Shown here piece by piece: positions 1 to 10,074 of a stretch of DNA of 64,000 bases (position 1 is its first letter; every line of letters starts with the position of its first letter). Made by a program: the position numbers and the translations under genes. The stretch is from a bacterium. GTDB lineage: Bacteria; SZUA-79; Acidulodesulfobacterales; Acidulodesulfobacteraceae. The notes below the pieces were generated by a model that worked only from the letters and a program-made list of their open reading frames with translations, had not been told where the DNA came from and made no database searches. Location: NCBI GenBank assembly GCA_021802425.1, contig JAJZXJ010000002.1:46508-110507 (forward strand). Direction: 5' to 3'.

Positions 1-1
1 C

Positions 2-412
2 GTATGCGGCGAGGGAGAACTCGATAAACTTTTATCCGAAAGAGAAAAGATTAATCTGGAGATACAAGACATACTCGATAAACACACGGGACCATGGGGC
101 ATTAAGGTTACGGTGGTAGAGCTTAAGCAAATCGACCTGCCGCAGGATATGCAAAGAGCCATGGCAAGACAGGCGGAGGCGGAAAGAGATAGAAGGGCAA
201 AGATAATCAATGCCGACGGCGAATTTCAAGCGGCGCAGAGACTTAGCGACGCCGCTAAAATTATATCAGAAAACCCTATGGCGCTTCAACTTCGTTATCT
301 TCAAACATTAAATGAAATTTCTTCAACGAACAATACAACGATGATAATGCCGATCCCGCTCGATATCATAAGGGAAGTGGGCAAGAGTTTGAGCAATAAC
401 GGTTCTAAATAA
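2..412 (+). CDS. SPFH/band-7 (stomatin/prohibitin-like) protein, C-terminal part; 5' end lies outside the window
   Basis: The frame is open from position 2. The translation ...[49 protein letters not shown]...[11 protein letters not shown] is the conserved stomatin/SPFH core plus a coiled-coil tail. Confidence 0.75.
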   Translation, partial: VCGEGELDKLLSEREKINLEIQDILDKHTGPWGIKVTVVELKQIDLPQDMQRAMARQAEAERDRRAKIINADGEFQAAQRLSDAAKIISENPMALQLRYLQTLNEISSTNNTTMIMPIPLDIIREVGKSLSNNGSK

Positions 413-444
413 TTAAGCGGGATTTTAAAATAGGAGATTACAAA

Positions 445-1338
445 ATGGAAATTGGAATGATCGGTCTCGGGAAGATGGGAATGAATATGGTATTAAGACT
501 TTTAGAGGGCGGACACAGGGTCGTTGTCTTTAACAGGACAGTTTCCAAGGAAGAGATGGTTATAAATAAAGGAGCAATCGGTTCGAACTCAGTTAAAGAA
601 TTCGCAGGAAAACTGACGGCCCCGAGAGTAGTATGGCTTATGGTTCCCAGCGGTCAGCCTACGGACGATATGCTTAACGAAGTTTTGCAATATACGCAAA
701 AAGGCGACATAATTATAGACGGCGGCAATTCGTACTATAAAGATTCTATAAGAAGAGCCAAACTCTGCGGCGAAAAAGGAATTAAATTTATGGACTGCGG
801 TACAAGCGGAGGCATCTGGGGCTTAAAAAACGGGTACTGCTCTATGATAGGCGGGGAAGATGAAACTTTCAAGTACTGCGAGCCGATATTTAAAACGCTT
901 GCGCCGGAAGACGGCTATCTGCATGTGGGGACCCACGGTTCGGGGCATTTTGTTAAAATGGTTCATAACGCCATAGAATACGGTATGATGGAGGCATATG
1001 CGGAAGGGTTCGAGATAATGAAGTCAAGCGATTTCGATATTAATCTGGAGAAGGTTTCGGATCTATGGAACCATGCTTCGGTTGTGAGGTCATGGCTTCT
1101 CGAGCTTGCGCATAACGCCCTTAAAGAAGACCCTGAACTTAATAATCTTAAACCTATTGTTGACGATTCCGGCGAGGGAAGATGGACGCTGAAAGAAGCG
1201 ATAGACAAAGCCGTTCCGGCACCGGTTTTAGCCGATTCGGTATTTATGAGGTTCAGGTCTAGGCAGGAAAATTCATTCGCCGCCAGAATGCTTGCGGCGC
1301 TGCGGCATCAGTTCGGCGGCCACGCTATTTATAAATAA
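445..1338 (+). CDS. gnd: 6-phosphogluconate dehydrogenase, short (about 300 aa) decarboxylating-like form
   Basis: N-terminal Rossmann motif IGMIGLGKMGMNM. The GHFVKMVHNAIEYGMMEAYAEG block is typical of 6PGDH. It sits in a cluster with zwf, tkt and tal. Confidence 0.85.
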   Translation: MEIGMIGLGKMGMNMVLRLLEGGHRVVVFNRTVSKEEMVINKGAIGSNSVKEFAGKLTAPRVVWLMVPSGQPTDDMLNEVLQYTQKGDIIIDGGNSYYKDSIRRAKLCGEKGIKFMDCGTSGGIWGLKNGYCSMIGGEDETFKYCEPIFKTLAPEDGYLHVGTHGSGHFVKMVHNAIEYGMMEAYAEGFEIMKSSDFDINLEKVSDLWNHASVVRSWLLELAHNALKEDPELNNLKPIVDDSGEGRWTLKEAIDKAVPAPVLADSVFMRFRSRQENSFAARMLAALRHQFGGHAIYK

Positions 1339-1391
1339 ATTCATAGCCTTTTTGCGGCAATGACGAACATGACGAACAGGGGAAAAATATT

Positions 1392-2018
1392 ATGTTCATA
1401 GATATAAGTATGGATGTCGAGGACGGGATGCTTCACTGGCCGAGCGACCCCGCAATAGAAATCGACAACTATTCGGATATAAAAAAAGGAGCGGCTTCGA
1501 ATAACAGCAAAATCACTTGCGGCGTTCATACAGGGACGCATATGGATGCGCCGCGCCATTTTATAGAAGGCGGTGCCGGAATAGATAAATTTAACTTAGA
1601 TACATTGATAGGTCCGTGCAGGGTCATAGAAGTTCCTGCGGGGATTTCGCCCATATCTAAAGAGTTTCTTGAGCCGTTGAATATAAAAAGGGGCGGCAGG
1701 CTTCTTTTTAAGACGAAAAATTCGGAATGGATAAACGCAGGCGATAATAATTTCCATACCGATTATGTTTGCGTAAATCCTGAAGCCGCAAAATATATGG
1801 TTGAAAATGGGGTTATACTGGTCGGGGTGGATTATCTTTCTGTAGAGGGTTACCATGTCGGACACGATACCCATAAAACTTTACTTGGCGCTGGGGTTGT
1901 TATAATAGAAGGACTTAATTTATTTAAAGTTGCGGCTGGAGATTACAAGCTTATTGCGCTTCCGGTCAAGATAAAAGATTCTAACGGAGCCCCGGCGAGA
2001 GTTATACTGGAGAAATAA
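1392..2018 (+). CDS. Putative cyclase / kynurenine-formamidase-fold metal-dependent hydrolase
   Basis: HTGTHMDAPRHF motif (HxGTHxDxPxH) and downstream D/H residues typical of the cyclase family (PF04199-like). 208 aa. Confidence 0.75.
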   Translation: MFIDISMDVEDGMLHWPSDPAIEIDNYSDIKKGAASNNSKITCGVHTGTHMDAPRHFIEGGAGIDKFNLDTLIGPCRVIEVPAGISPISKEFLEPLNIKRGGRLLFKTKNSEWINAGDNNFHTDYVCVNPEAAKYMVENGVILVGVDYLSVEGYHVGHDTHKTLLGAGVVIIEGLNLFKVAAGDYKLIALPVKIKDSNGAPARVILEK

Positions 2019-2047
2019 ATTCCGGCGATAATTAAATATTTATTAGT

Positions 2048-2080
2048 AAAAGGGGACAGATTTCAAATCTGTCCCCTTTT
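2048..2080. terminator. Bidirectional rho-independent terminator
   Basis: Perfect palindrome aaaaggggacagat-ttcaa-atctgtcccctttt. The GC-rich stem is flanked by an A-run and a T-run. It lies between the cyclase gene and zwf. Confidence 0.75.
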
Positions 2081-2116
2081 ACTCAGAAAATTAATCAAAT
2101 AAAGGCGGGTGCAGTA

Positions 2117-3616
2117 ATGGCAGAACTAAAACCTTCTATAATCGTAATTTTCGGGGCAAGCGGAGATCTGGCGCATATTAAAATATTTCCCGCATTATAC
2201 AGCTTATGGGAGGACGGGTTTTTCCCCGATAGTTTTTTCATCGTAGGATTTGCCAGGACGGGTATGGACGATGAAACTTTCCGAAAAACAATCCTCGATG
2301 CTTTGAATGCGAATTGCAGGAAAAAACCCATAAATGAAGATGATTTTTTAAATTTTTCAAAGAATATATTTTATCTGAAGTCAAAATACGATGATGAATC
2401 GAGTTATAAGGAATTGGGCAAATTCGTTAAATCTAAGGCTTCGGAATATAATATACCTAAAAATATCGTTTATTACCTTTCCACCCCGCCGAATGTTTAT
2501 ATTCAAATAATTGACGGCATTCAAAGCGCAAATCTTACTTCAAGCGAATTTAAAGGGGATAACTTTTCAAGGATTGTCGTCGAAAAGCCGTTTGGCTACG
2601 ATTACGAAAGCGCGAAAGATTTAAACAGTAAAATTCTTTCCGTGTTTAAAGAAGAAGAAGTTTACAGGATAGACCATTATCTGGGAAAAGAAACCGTTCA
2701 AAATATATTTGCTTTCAGGTTTTCGAACGCTATTTTTGAACCCCTATGGAACAATAAATATATAGACCATATACAAATATCAGCATTGGAACCTATCGGG
2801 GTAGGGTTCAGAGCCGGCTATTTTGATAAATCCGGCATTATAAGGGATATGATGCAAAATCATATGATGCAGTTATTATCATTCGTTGCAATAGAACCGC
2901 CCGCTATTTTCCATGCCGACGATATAAGAAACGAAAAGGCGAAACTATTGAAAAGCATAAGGCCTTTCAGTTTAAACGATGTAAAAAATTTTGCGGTCAG
3001 GGGGCAATACGACAGAGGATTTATCGGCAATAAGCCCGTAATAAGCTACAAAGAAGAAAAAGGAATACCGCCTAATTCAACTACCGATACATATGCGGCT
3101 TTAAGGCTTTTCATAGATAATTATAGATGGGCGGGAGTGCCGTTTTACCTGAGGTCGGGTAAAAGATTAAAAAAGCATAAAACCGAGATAGCGGTGTTTT
3201 TTAAAAAGCTGCCTTACAGTCTTTACGGAAAAGATGGAATGGAAAAAATTAAACAAAATTCTATAATAATCACGATTCAGCCGAATGAAGGCATATCGAT
3301 AAATTTCGGCGCCAAGACGCCCGGGTTTAAAATGGATATAGAACCTGTGAATATGGTATTTAATTATAAATCGTCATTTAAACTTTCTCCCCCGGAAGCT
3401 TATGAAAGACTTATATATGACATAATTGTCGGCGATCAGACTCTTTTTGCAAGATACGACGATACGCTTATCGCGTGGCAGTTTATCACATCCATAATAA
3501 ACGGGTGGTCAAAAATAGAACCTCCCGTATTTCCAAACTATGAAGCCGGGTCATGGGGGCCGAAAGAAGCAGATGACCTGATTAATGCCGATGGCAGGCT
3601 CTGGAACAATAACTAA
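2117..3616 (+). CDS. zwf: Glucose-6-phosphate 1-dehydrogenase
   Basis: IFGASGDLA NADP-binding motif and the RIDHYLGKE active-site signature. 499 aa. Confidence 0.93.
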   Translation: MAELKPSIIVIFGASGDLAHIKIFPALYSLWEDGFFPDSFFIVGFARTGMDDETFRKTILDALNANCRKKPINEDDFLNFSKNIFYLKSKYDDESSYKELGKFVKSKASEYNIPKNIVYYLSTPPNVYIQIIDGIQSANLTSSEFKGDNFSRIVVEKPFGYDYESAKDLNSKILSVFKEEEVYRIDHYLGKETVQNIFAFRFSNAIFEPLWNNKYIDHIQISALEPIGVGFRAGYFDKSGIIRDMMQNHMMQLLSFVAIEPPAIFHADDIRNEKAKLLKSIRPFSLNDVKNFAVRGQYDRGFIGNKPVISYKEEKGIPPNSTTDTYAALRLFIDNYRWAGVPFYLRSGKRLKKHKTEIAVFFKKLPYSLYGKDGMEKIKQNSIIITIQPNEGISINFGAKTPGFKMDIEPVNMVFNYKSSFKLSPPEAYERLIYDIIVGDQTLFARYDDTLIAWQFITSIINGWSKIEPPVFPNYEAGSWGPKEADDLINADGRLWNNN

Positions 3617-3621
3617 TTCAT

Positions 3622-5556
3622 TTATATTTCTTTTTTAACAAAATTATATAAATCCTGCGGCGATAAGCCTGCCAGCCTGTAAAGGTCATCCGGTTTGCCC
3701 GACGAACTGTAAAATCTTGCTCCCAGTTTTCTGAATTTTACCGTTATGCTATTTTCGGCAAGCAGCGACCCCAATGCCGTCCCAATGCCGTTTTTTATAT
3801 TGTGGTCTTCTATCGTAACTATGAAGCCGGTTTTTGCGGCAAGACGCAGGTCTTCCGGGTCTATGTCGCTTGGGCAGGAAACGTTTAGAAGCATCGGGTT
3901 TATTCCGTCTTTTTTAAGCATTTCGTATCCCTTTAACGCGTGCGTCAGCATATTTCCCGAAGATATTATAGTTAAATCTTTTCCGTTTCTGATAATATCC
4001 ATTTTTCCGTACCTAAAAGTATAACCCTCTCCGAAAAACGGCTTGTTTTCCTCATCCAATATAACCGGAATAACCGACCGCCCCATAATCAGCGCAAAAT
4101 TGCCCGCATTAGAAGCAATATGCCTTACCGCCCTGTCCGTTTGATTTGGGTCTGCCGGGATTATGACCTTAAACCCAAATGTTGAGTTGATTACGCCGAA
4201 ATAATCGATGCATTGATGCGTTTTGCCGTCTTCTCCTACATCTATTCCGCAATGAGTGCATACCACCTTTAAGTTTGTGTGATTTATATCGTTCAGCCTT
4301 TGTTGATTGTAAACTTCGTCTATTCCGAAGACGCCGAAGTCGGCGAAAAAGGTAAGGATGTTTTCGGTTGACAGCGCGCCCGAAATAACGGCGGTATTAT
4401 GTTCCTCTATGCCCGATTCGAAGAAGTTATCGGGGAAGGCATTCCTGAACGCGCCGGTTTTAACCGAGCCTTCTAAATCGCAGTCGAACACGGCAAAAGG
4501 GATATTCGGGGAATTATTTTGTTCTTTATAATTTTTTGCTATATCGTACAGCGCGTTGCCGAACGCCGAACGGTTGTCCGTGTTTTTCTCTCTTGTATAA
4601 ATTATGTTTTTATTGCCGGCGTTTGAAATCAAAAAATGGTTTTTCCTTTCTTTTAAAGGCTTAATAGGCAAACCCAATTTCTTTTTGTCAAAGAGTTCAT
4701 CGATATTGTCCTGTTCTCCAAGTTCGGCCAACGCCTTTTTGCAATCATCCGGACTTAGCGCCGCGCCGTGATATTTAGCCTGATTTTCCATAAAGGATAC
4801 GCCTTTTCCCATTATCGTATTTGCGATAATGACAACCGGAGAGGCAAATTCATTAGCTTTTTTCACGGCCGAATATATCTCGTTAAAATTATGCCCGTCT
4901 ATTTCTATGACATGAAACCCATCCGCCTCAAAATTTTCTTTTATATTATCGGGCATTACTTCGGATGTTTTTCCGCCGATTTGCAGTCCGTTTTTATCTA
5001 CTATAACCGTCAGGTTATTTAATTTGTATTTTACCGCAAACCTTCTTGCCTCGCCTATCTGTCCCTTTGTTTGCTCCCCGTCGCCCATAACGCAATAAAC
5101 ATTATATTTTAAATTATTCAATCTTGAATTTAATGCAAATCCGCAGGCGGCCGAAAGACCCTGTCCAAGATTGCCGGTATTCCATTCGATTCCGGGAACC
5201 GTTTTTTCGACATGACCTTCAAAAGGAGACCCCGCGCTTCTAAAATTTAACATTGCATCTTCTATATCGAAAAATCCGTAATTGCCGAGAGCGGAGTAAG
5301 CGCCCGGCGTTGTGTGTCCGTGGCTTATCACTATTCTATCCCTGTCTTGCTTGAACGGGTTTGACGGGTCAACATTGCAAAATCCGTATAAAACGGCATA
5401 TATGTCGATTGAAGACATCGAACCGCCGGGGTGTCCGGAAGCGGCAAGCGTGGTCATTCTTAAAATATCTCCCCTGCATTTTTTTGTAAAATTCTTTAAA
5501 AATTCGATTTCTTCTCCCGACAATTCTTTCCTCTCAAACCCTTTATTAATTTCCAT
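3622..5556 (-). CDS. tkt: Transketolase (single-polypeptide form)
   Basis: The GHPGGSMS and GDGEQTKGQ (GDG...E) ThDP-binding motifs are present, with pyrimidine-binding and C-terminal domains. 644 aa. Confidence 0.9.
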   Translation of the reverse strand: MEINKGFERKELSGEEIEFLKNFTKKCRGDILRMTTLAASGHPGGSMSSIDIYAVLYGFCNVDPSNPFKQDRDRIVISHGHTTPGAYSALGNYGFFDIEDAMLNFRSAGSPFEGHVEKTVPGIEWNTGNLGQGLSAACGFALNSRLNNLKYNVYCVMGDGEQTKGQIGEARRFAVKYKLNNLTVIVDKNGLQIGGKTSEVMPDNIKENFEADGFHVIEIDGHNFNEIYSAVKKANEFASPVVIIANTIMGKGVSFMENQAKYHGAALSPDDCKKALAELGEQDNIDELFDKKKLGLPIKPLKERKNHFLISNAGNKNIIYTREKNTDNRSAFGNALYDIAKNYKEQNNSPNIPFAVFDCDLEGSVKTGAFRNAFPDNFFESGIEEHNTAVISGALSTENILTFFADFGVFGIDEVYNQQRLNDINHTNLKVVCTHCGIDVGEDGKTHQCIDYFGVINSTFGFKVIIPADPNQTDRAVRHIASNAGNFALIMGRSVIPVILDEENKPFFGEGYTFRYGKMDIIRNGKDLTIISSGNMLTHALKGYEMLKKDGINPMLLNVSCPSDIDPEDLRLAAKTGFIVTIEDHNIKNGIGTALGSLLAENSITVKFRKLGARFYSSSGKPDDLYRLAGLSPQDLYNFVKKEI

Positions 5557-5611
5557 TACCGCAGGCGCCTCCTTAAATTAATTAATTTAAATATAAATTG
5601 TAAACATCTTT

Positions 5612-6757
5612 TTAAATATTTTCAATCGATTTAAGCAGCTTTTCATAGGAATCTTCAAACGATTTAACCCCGTCCAATTGCAATTTTTCGCCGACCTTAT
5701 TTAAATCTATGCCTATTTTCAATAATTCTTCGTTTATATGCATCGAATAATCAATATCTTCGGATGCGGTTTCCGGAATCAAATTTCCATGTTCCGCAAT
5801 ATGCAGGATAGTTTCATCGGGCAGAGTATTTATAGTATTTTTACCGATTAAAGGTTCGACATATTTTAAGTCATAATAAGCCGGATTTTTCGTACTTGTG
5901 CTTGCCCATAAAAGCCTCTGAATATTAGCGCCTTTTGTTTTAAGAGGAGCAAATTCATTACTATTATCAAAAATATCGTTGTATTTTTTAAAAATAATTT
6001 TTGAATTTGCGACGCCGGCTTTTCCCAACAAATTTGTAATTTTTTCTTTTATGGAAGAGTCGTTTGTATTTTTAATCAATTCCTCCAATTGTCTATCCAC
6101 CATTGTATCAATCCTGCTTATAAAAATGCTTGCGACGGAATGAATGTTTTTTAAATCTATTCCATTTTCTGAAGCCTTTTTAATACCTTTTATGTAAGCA
6201 TTTGCCACTTGAATATAGTGGTTTACCGAAAACATCAATGTTACATTAACATTTATGCCTTTGGACAGCAGTATCGGGATAATTTCAAGTCCTTCTTTTG
6301 TGGCGGGTATTTTTATCAGAACATTTTTTTCGTTTATAAGCGCAAATATTCTTTGGGCCTCGCTTATCGATGTTTCAATATTTGTCGCGATATTGGGGGG
6401 AACCTCTATGCTGACGAATCCGTCGTTTCCGCTGGTTTTTTCAAAAACGGGCAAAAGAACTTCGGCAGCTTTTTTAATGTCTTCACGCGTGATGATGTCG
6501 TATATGGTAAAGGAATCTAATTTTTCTGATGCGAGTTTCTTAATTAACTCAGGGTATCCACATTTTCCTGAATTTATAGATTTTTCAAAAATAGAAGGAT
6601 TGGATGTTATTCCCGTGATGATTCCGCTTTTAACCAATTGCTCAAGTTCGCCGGAATCTATTAAGCACCTCGATATATTGTCAAGCCACGGGCTTTGACC
6701 GTATGAAACTAACTTTCTAAATTGTTCCTTTTTAGAAATTAAGAAATCGGCTTTCAT
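5612..6757 (-). CDS. tal: Transaldolase (long, type-2 form)
   Basis: The GQSPWLDNISR N-terminal motif and the IKIPAT active-site lysine region are present. It is adjacent to tkt. Confidence 0.87.
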   Translation of the reverse strand: MKADFLISKKEQFRKLVSYGQSPWLDNISRCLIDSGELEQLVKSGIITGITSNPSIFEKSINSGKCGYPELIKKLASEKLDSFTIYDIITREDIKKAAEVLLPVFEKTSGNDGFVSIEVPPNIATNIETSISEAQRIFALINEKNVLIKIPATKEGLEIIPILLSKGINVNVTLMFSVNHYIQVANAYIKGIKKASENGIDLKNIHSVASIFISRIDTMVDRQLEELIKNTNDSSIKEKITNLLGKAGVANSKIIFKKYNDIFDNSNEFAPLKTKGANIQRLLWASTSTKNPAYYDLKYVEPLIGKNTINTLPDETILHIAEHGNLIPETASEDIDYSMHINEELLKIGIDLNKVGEKLQLDGVKSFEDSYEKLLKSIENI

Positions 6758-6893
6758 TCCATCTCCTTATAGAATTAAATTATATATTTATTTATAGATT
6801 GTATAAATTTATCCAACCGAATAGTTTATTATAGTTTATGCAAAATGGGCGTATGCGTATCGTTCAGGATTATTGGTTATTAGGAATTATTTA

Positions 6894-7265
6894 TTATTTA
6901 TTTTTAAAAAATAGCCAGTGATTTTCCCCTGCCTTATCGAACTTCAGCAGGGTATATTCGCCCTCCATTTTTTTGCCGTTGAGATTAATAATATATTTAG
7001 AGTTATCCCTTTTTATGATTCTATAAGTTCCGTTATCCCAAATTTTAACGGTTCCTGCGCCGTAATGGCCTTCGGGAATTATGCCTTCGAAATCTGCATA
7101 AGAAAGAGGGTGGTCATCTACCTTTATAGCAAGATTCCTTTTTCCGGGTTCTAACGGGGGTTCTTTAGGCAAAGCAAAAGAAATTAGAACCCCGTTTTCT
7201 TCAAGCCTTAAGTCCCAATGCAGGTGGCTTGCATGATGTTCATGAACCACAAATATTTTGTCCAC
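6894..7265 (-). CDS. Stand-alone LigD-type 3'-phosphoesterase (PE) domain protein
   Basis: FVVHEHHASHLHWDLRLE...DDHPLSYADFEGIIPEGHYGAGTVKIWDNGTY matches the signature of the LigD phosphoesterase domain. 123 aa. No ligase, polymerase or Ku gene is adjacent. Confidence 0.75.
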   Translation of the reverse strand: MDKIFVVHEHHASHLHWDLRLEENGVLISFALPKEPPLEPGKRNLAIKVDDHPLSYADFEGIIPEGHYGAGTVKIWDNGTYRIIKRDNSKYIINLNGKKMEGEYTLLKFDKAGENHWLFFKNK

Positions 7266-7432
7266 AAAAAGATTATATCATAAAAAATAATTTGCGGGGG
7301 CAATAGACATAATTAATTTTTCATGATATTATTTTCGATATTGAATATTAAAAATGGATTAATTAAATTTATAGATTAAAAAAATTGCGTTATTATATAT
7401 TATTAATATAATTATAGGTTAAGATTATTTTT

Positions 7433-7864
7433 ATGGCGGCGAAAAATTCAGGCGTCTGGAATGCATTTTTGCGGATATATATAGGTATTTATTTCCTTTA
7501 CGCCGCCCATTTTAAATTAAATCCATTTTTCTTTTCAAGTCTCCACAACAAACTTTCATATTTTGCAGATCATGACCCGTTGCGGTTTTATGTTATATTT
7601 TTAAATCATTTTGTTATTCCAAATGCATTTTTGTTTGCCATATTAATAGTTATGGGAGAGTTATTCGCGGGGATTTTTTTGACGGCAGGATTTTTAACCG
7701 GGATTGCGGGTTTTGTCGGTATATTTCTAAACCTTAATTATCTTCTGGCAATGTACTGGATGGGTCCTGCAGAGTTAGCGATAAATCTTACCTTTATAAT
7801 GTGCGAATTGGTGATAATATTTACAGGCTCAGGAAAGGTGTTGGGAATAGATGCGTTATTTTAA
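7433..7864 (+). CDS. Small polytopic membrane protein, possibly DoxX-like
   Basis: 143 aa with about four hydrophobic segments. The resemblance to DoxX is weak (LRIYIGIYFLYAAHFKL). Confidence 0.35.
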   Translation: MAAKNSGVWNAFLRIYIGIYFLYAAHFKLNPFFFSSLHNKLSYFADHDPLRFYVIFLNHFVIPNAFLFAILIVMGELFAGIFLTAGFLTGIAGFVGIFLNLNYLLAMYWMGPAELAINLTFIMCELVIIFTGSGKVLGIDALF

Positions 7865-7929
7865 ATTTAAAAAAATATTTAATTTTAAATTGAATTTTGA
7901 TAGAATAGAATAGGTAGCACTTCTTTTAT

Positions 7930-8006
7930 GGTGGATGTAGCTCAGCTGGTAGAGCCCCGGATTGTGACTCCGGTGGTCGCAGGTTCAAAACCTGTCATCC
8001 ACCCCA
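7930..8006 (+). tRNA. tRNA-His (anticodon GTG)
   Basis: Cloverleaf folded by hand. Anticodon arm ccgga-ttGTGac-tccgg. An encoded G-1 pairs with C73, which is the His identity element. The CCA end is encoded. Confidence 0.9.
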
Positions 8007-8332
8007 TTTAAAACCGCGGTATTTAAGGCATTTCAGTCAGGTTCCAAACCGCCCGATTATAACCGATTGTCTTATATTTTTTATTTCAAGTTTGTTTTTT
8101 TATCAATTATAGGACAAATTGAAGAACCTGAAGTCCCTGTTCTTTGTTTTAAACGTTCTTCAAGCTTCACTTTTAATTCCCTAAGGCCGTTTATCTTCAG
8201 CTCTATTTCTTTTATTTTATTGTTCATTAAGCTTTTTGCATAAGTGCAGATTAGCCCATTTTAGTCTTGGCTTTGGGGAGTAGTTTAATACGCATTCATC
8301 TTATTAATGCTCCATTGTGCATTTTTTAATTT

Positions 8333-8824
8333 TCATAATTTTCTAAGTTTGTCGATAAGCATATTTCTTGATTTACTTGTAAATCCTTTCTCGGGATCCG
8401 TTATAATGCAATATTTCCAAAGTTCCGGCTTTATAGCTTCCTGCGCATCGTCTATAATAATAAAATTGCCCGGTTTAAGAATCTTTAGCGATTCTTCTAT
8501 TTCATTTGACCTGAAATATTTAGATTCAAACCCTGCTGAAAATGATATGACGGGCGTAACGCCTATAATAATATTTTTAATATCGTCGGAAAATATGTTT
8601 TTAAGACTCTTTATTGGATAATGTGTTCTCCATCTTGACGATATCACTATTTTAAGATTTTTTTCTTTTATAAACGGTTCTATAGTTTTTTCGATAAGCG
8701 GAAGATTGCAGAATTCTTTCCATTCTCCACATCCAAAAGGATGTGTTACCCCGTCAAAATCAAGATATATTATATTCATTATGTTCATATGTATGTTTTC
8801 CATATTTCTTATCTTATTTGCCAC
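8333..8824 (-). CDS. HAD-superfamily phosphatase-like protein (HAD_SAK type)
   Basis: The pattern IIYLDFDGVTHP ... KIVISSRWR ... IIGVTP ... FIIIDD matches the stand-alone HAD domain of 'Swiss-army-knife' RNA-repair proteins. The true start is probably an internal Met (8788 or 8779), which places the DxD motif near the N-terminus. Confidence 0.55.
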   Translation of the reverse strand: MANKIRNMENIHMNIMNIIYLDFDGVTHPFGCGEWKEFCNLPLIEKTIEPFIKEKNLKIVISSRWRTHYPIKSLKNIFSDDIKNIIIGVTPVISFSAGFESKYFRSNEIEESLKILKPGNFIIIDDAQEAIKPELWKYCIITDPEKGFTSKSRNMLIDKLRKL

Positions 8825-8936
8825 ATTTTATACAGGTTCGTCGTGATTTTTTCGGGGACAGCATATGCGAAAACGGCAGTTATGAGAGTTAAATGCTGAT
8901 GAAGGAGGGGCATATAATTTCCAATTCAGATCTTTT

Positions 8937-10058
8937 TCAAATCTTTACCCATCCCCTCCTCATAAGTTCGTTAAGGATAACCCCTGCTACAAATGCCACT
9001 CCCATATTCCACATTGCAAGAGCCGCTACAAATAACATCAAATATACATCCTTTTTCTCTTTCCCGATGTCTTTAGAAGTGGAGGCTAACTCGAGGCCTG
9101 CAAAAAAGAGTATTACTCCGATAATGGCATCAGGGAACGCTTTTAACATAATCAATGTTGAATGACCGCCGAATAGCGAAAGCAAAAGCACGAGTGAACC
9201 CAAAATAACTAATGCGCCGCCTGTACGGGCGCCGAAACGTACATGCCCCGCCATTCCTCCGGCGCCATGGCACATGGGAACACCTCCGACCAGCGGGGAA
9301 AACAGGTTCATAAGTCCGGTCGATATTGCCATTTTCCTTTCCGTTACCGGATGATCGGGGAAAAGTTCATTGTTCTCATGGGTAATTGCAATTATGGCAT
9401 TGCCGAGCGTAAGCGGTATCTGGGGCAGCGCCAGCAGAAATAAACCGGATAGCAGGGTGTCCCATGAGAGAAAGCGCAATGAAAGGGATGGAAACCCAAA
9501 AGCCAAACCCGTTTTGGCAAGCTCGGAAGGCAGTTCGGGATGACTTAAAATAGCTCCGACTATTCCAAGAATAAGCAAAGCAAACATGGCGGGAAAACGG
9601 GTTGCAAATAAGAGTAATGTTACAGCCACCCCTAAGGCGGCCAATGGCCAGTTTGAACTCATACGGATAATGCCCATTTCCGCAAATGTAAGACCCAGCC
9701 CGAGCATAATTCCGCGAACCACCGGCTTAGAAGCCAACCTGCCGAAAAATTCTACCGTTCTTGTGATGCCAAGGAAAAACCACGTTACCCCGATAATGAG
9801 ACCAGCCGACCAAACCATGGACGGGGTTACAAGTTTTGGATGGGAAAGGGCAAAGCCGCCTATCGCTTTCATCGGTTGAATGGGAACGGGGGTTTTATAA
9901 AAAAGCCCGGTTGCTATTTTGGATAGGCCGAAAGCAAAAAGGACCCCCACAGGATTCATATGAAGCACTATAATGTAGGCTAAAACAAACGGTATGAGTG
10001 TTCCAATATCTCCAAAGGCTCCAGCCCATTCATTAATGCCGTAATGGTTAGAAGACAT
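8937..10058 (-). CDS. MOT1-like putative molybdate/sulfate permease
   Basis: 373 aa, polytopic. The N-terminus INEWAGAFGDIGTLIPF and overall architecture resemble the MOT1/'putative sulfate-molybdate transporter' family. The leader carries a Moco-riboswitch-like element. Confidence 0.6.
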   Translation of the reverse strand: MSSNHYGINEWAGAFGDIGTLIPFVLAYIIVLHMNPVGVLFAFGLSKIATGLFYKTPVPIQPMKAIGGFALSHPKLVTPSMVWSAGLIIGVTWFFLGITRTVEFFGRLASKPVVRGIMLGLGLTFAEMGIIRMSSNWPLAALGVAVTLLLFATRFPAMFALLILGIVGAILSHPELPSELAKTGLAFGFPSLSLRFLSWDTLLSGLFLLALPQIPLTLGNAIIAITHENNELFPDHPVTERKMAISTGLMNLFSPLVGGVPMCHGAGGMAGHVRFGARTGGALVILGSLVLLLSLFGGHSTLIMLKAFPDAIIGVILFFAGLELASTSKDIGKEKKDVYLMLFVAALAMWNMGVAFVAGVILNELMRRGWVKI

Positions 10059-10074
10059 GAATCAACATCCTTAT

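Noticed and set aside
8081-8227. 48-codon minus-strand ORF (MNNKIKEIELKINGLRELKVKLEERLKQ...) in the gap after tRNA-His
   Set aside because: It is short and low-complexity/coiled-coil-like, with no clear Shine-Dalgarno sequence and no recognisable family. It may be a gene remnant, but there is not enough evidence to call a CDS.
8007-8332. Possible integrated element at the 3' end of tRNA-His
   Set aside because: I found no direct repeat of the tRNA 3' end (catccacccca) and no integrase or recombinase gene in the neighbourhood. Only an unusually long non-coding gap is present.
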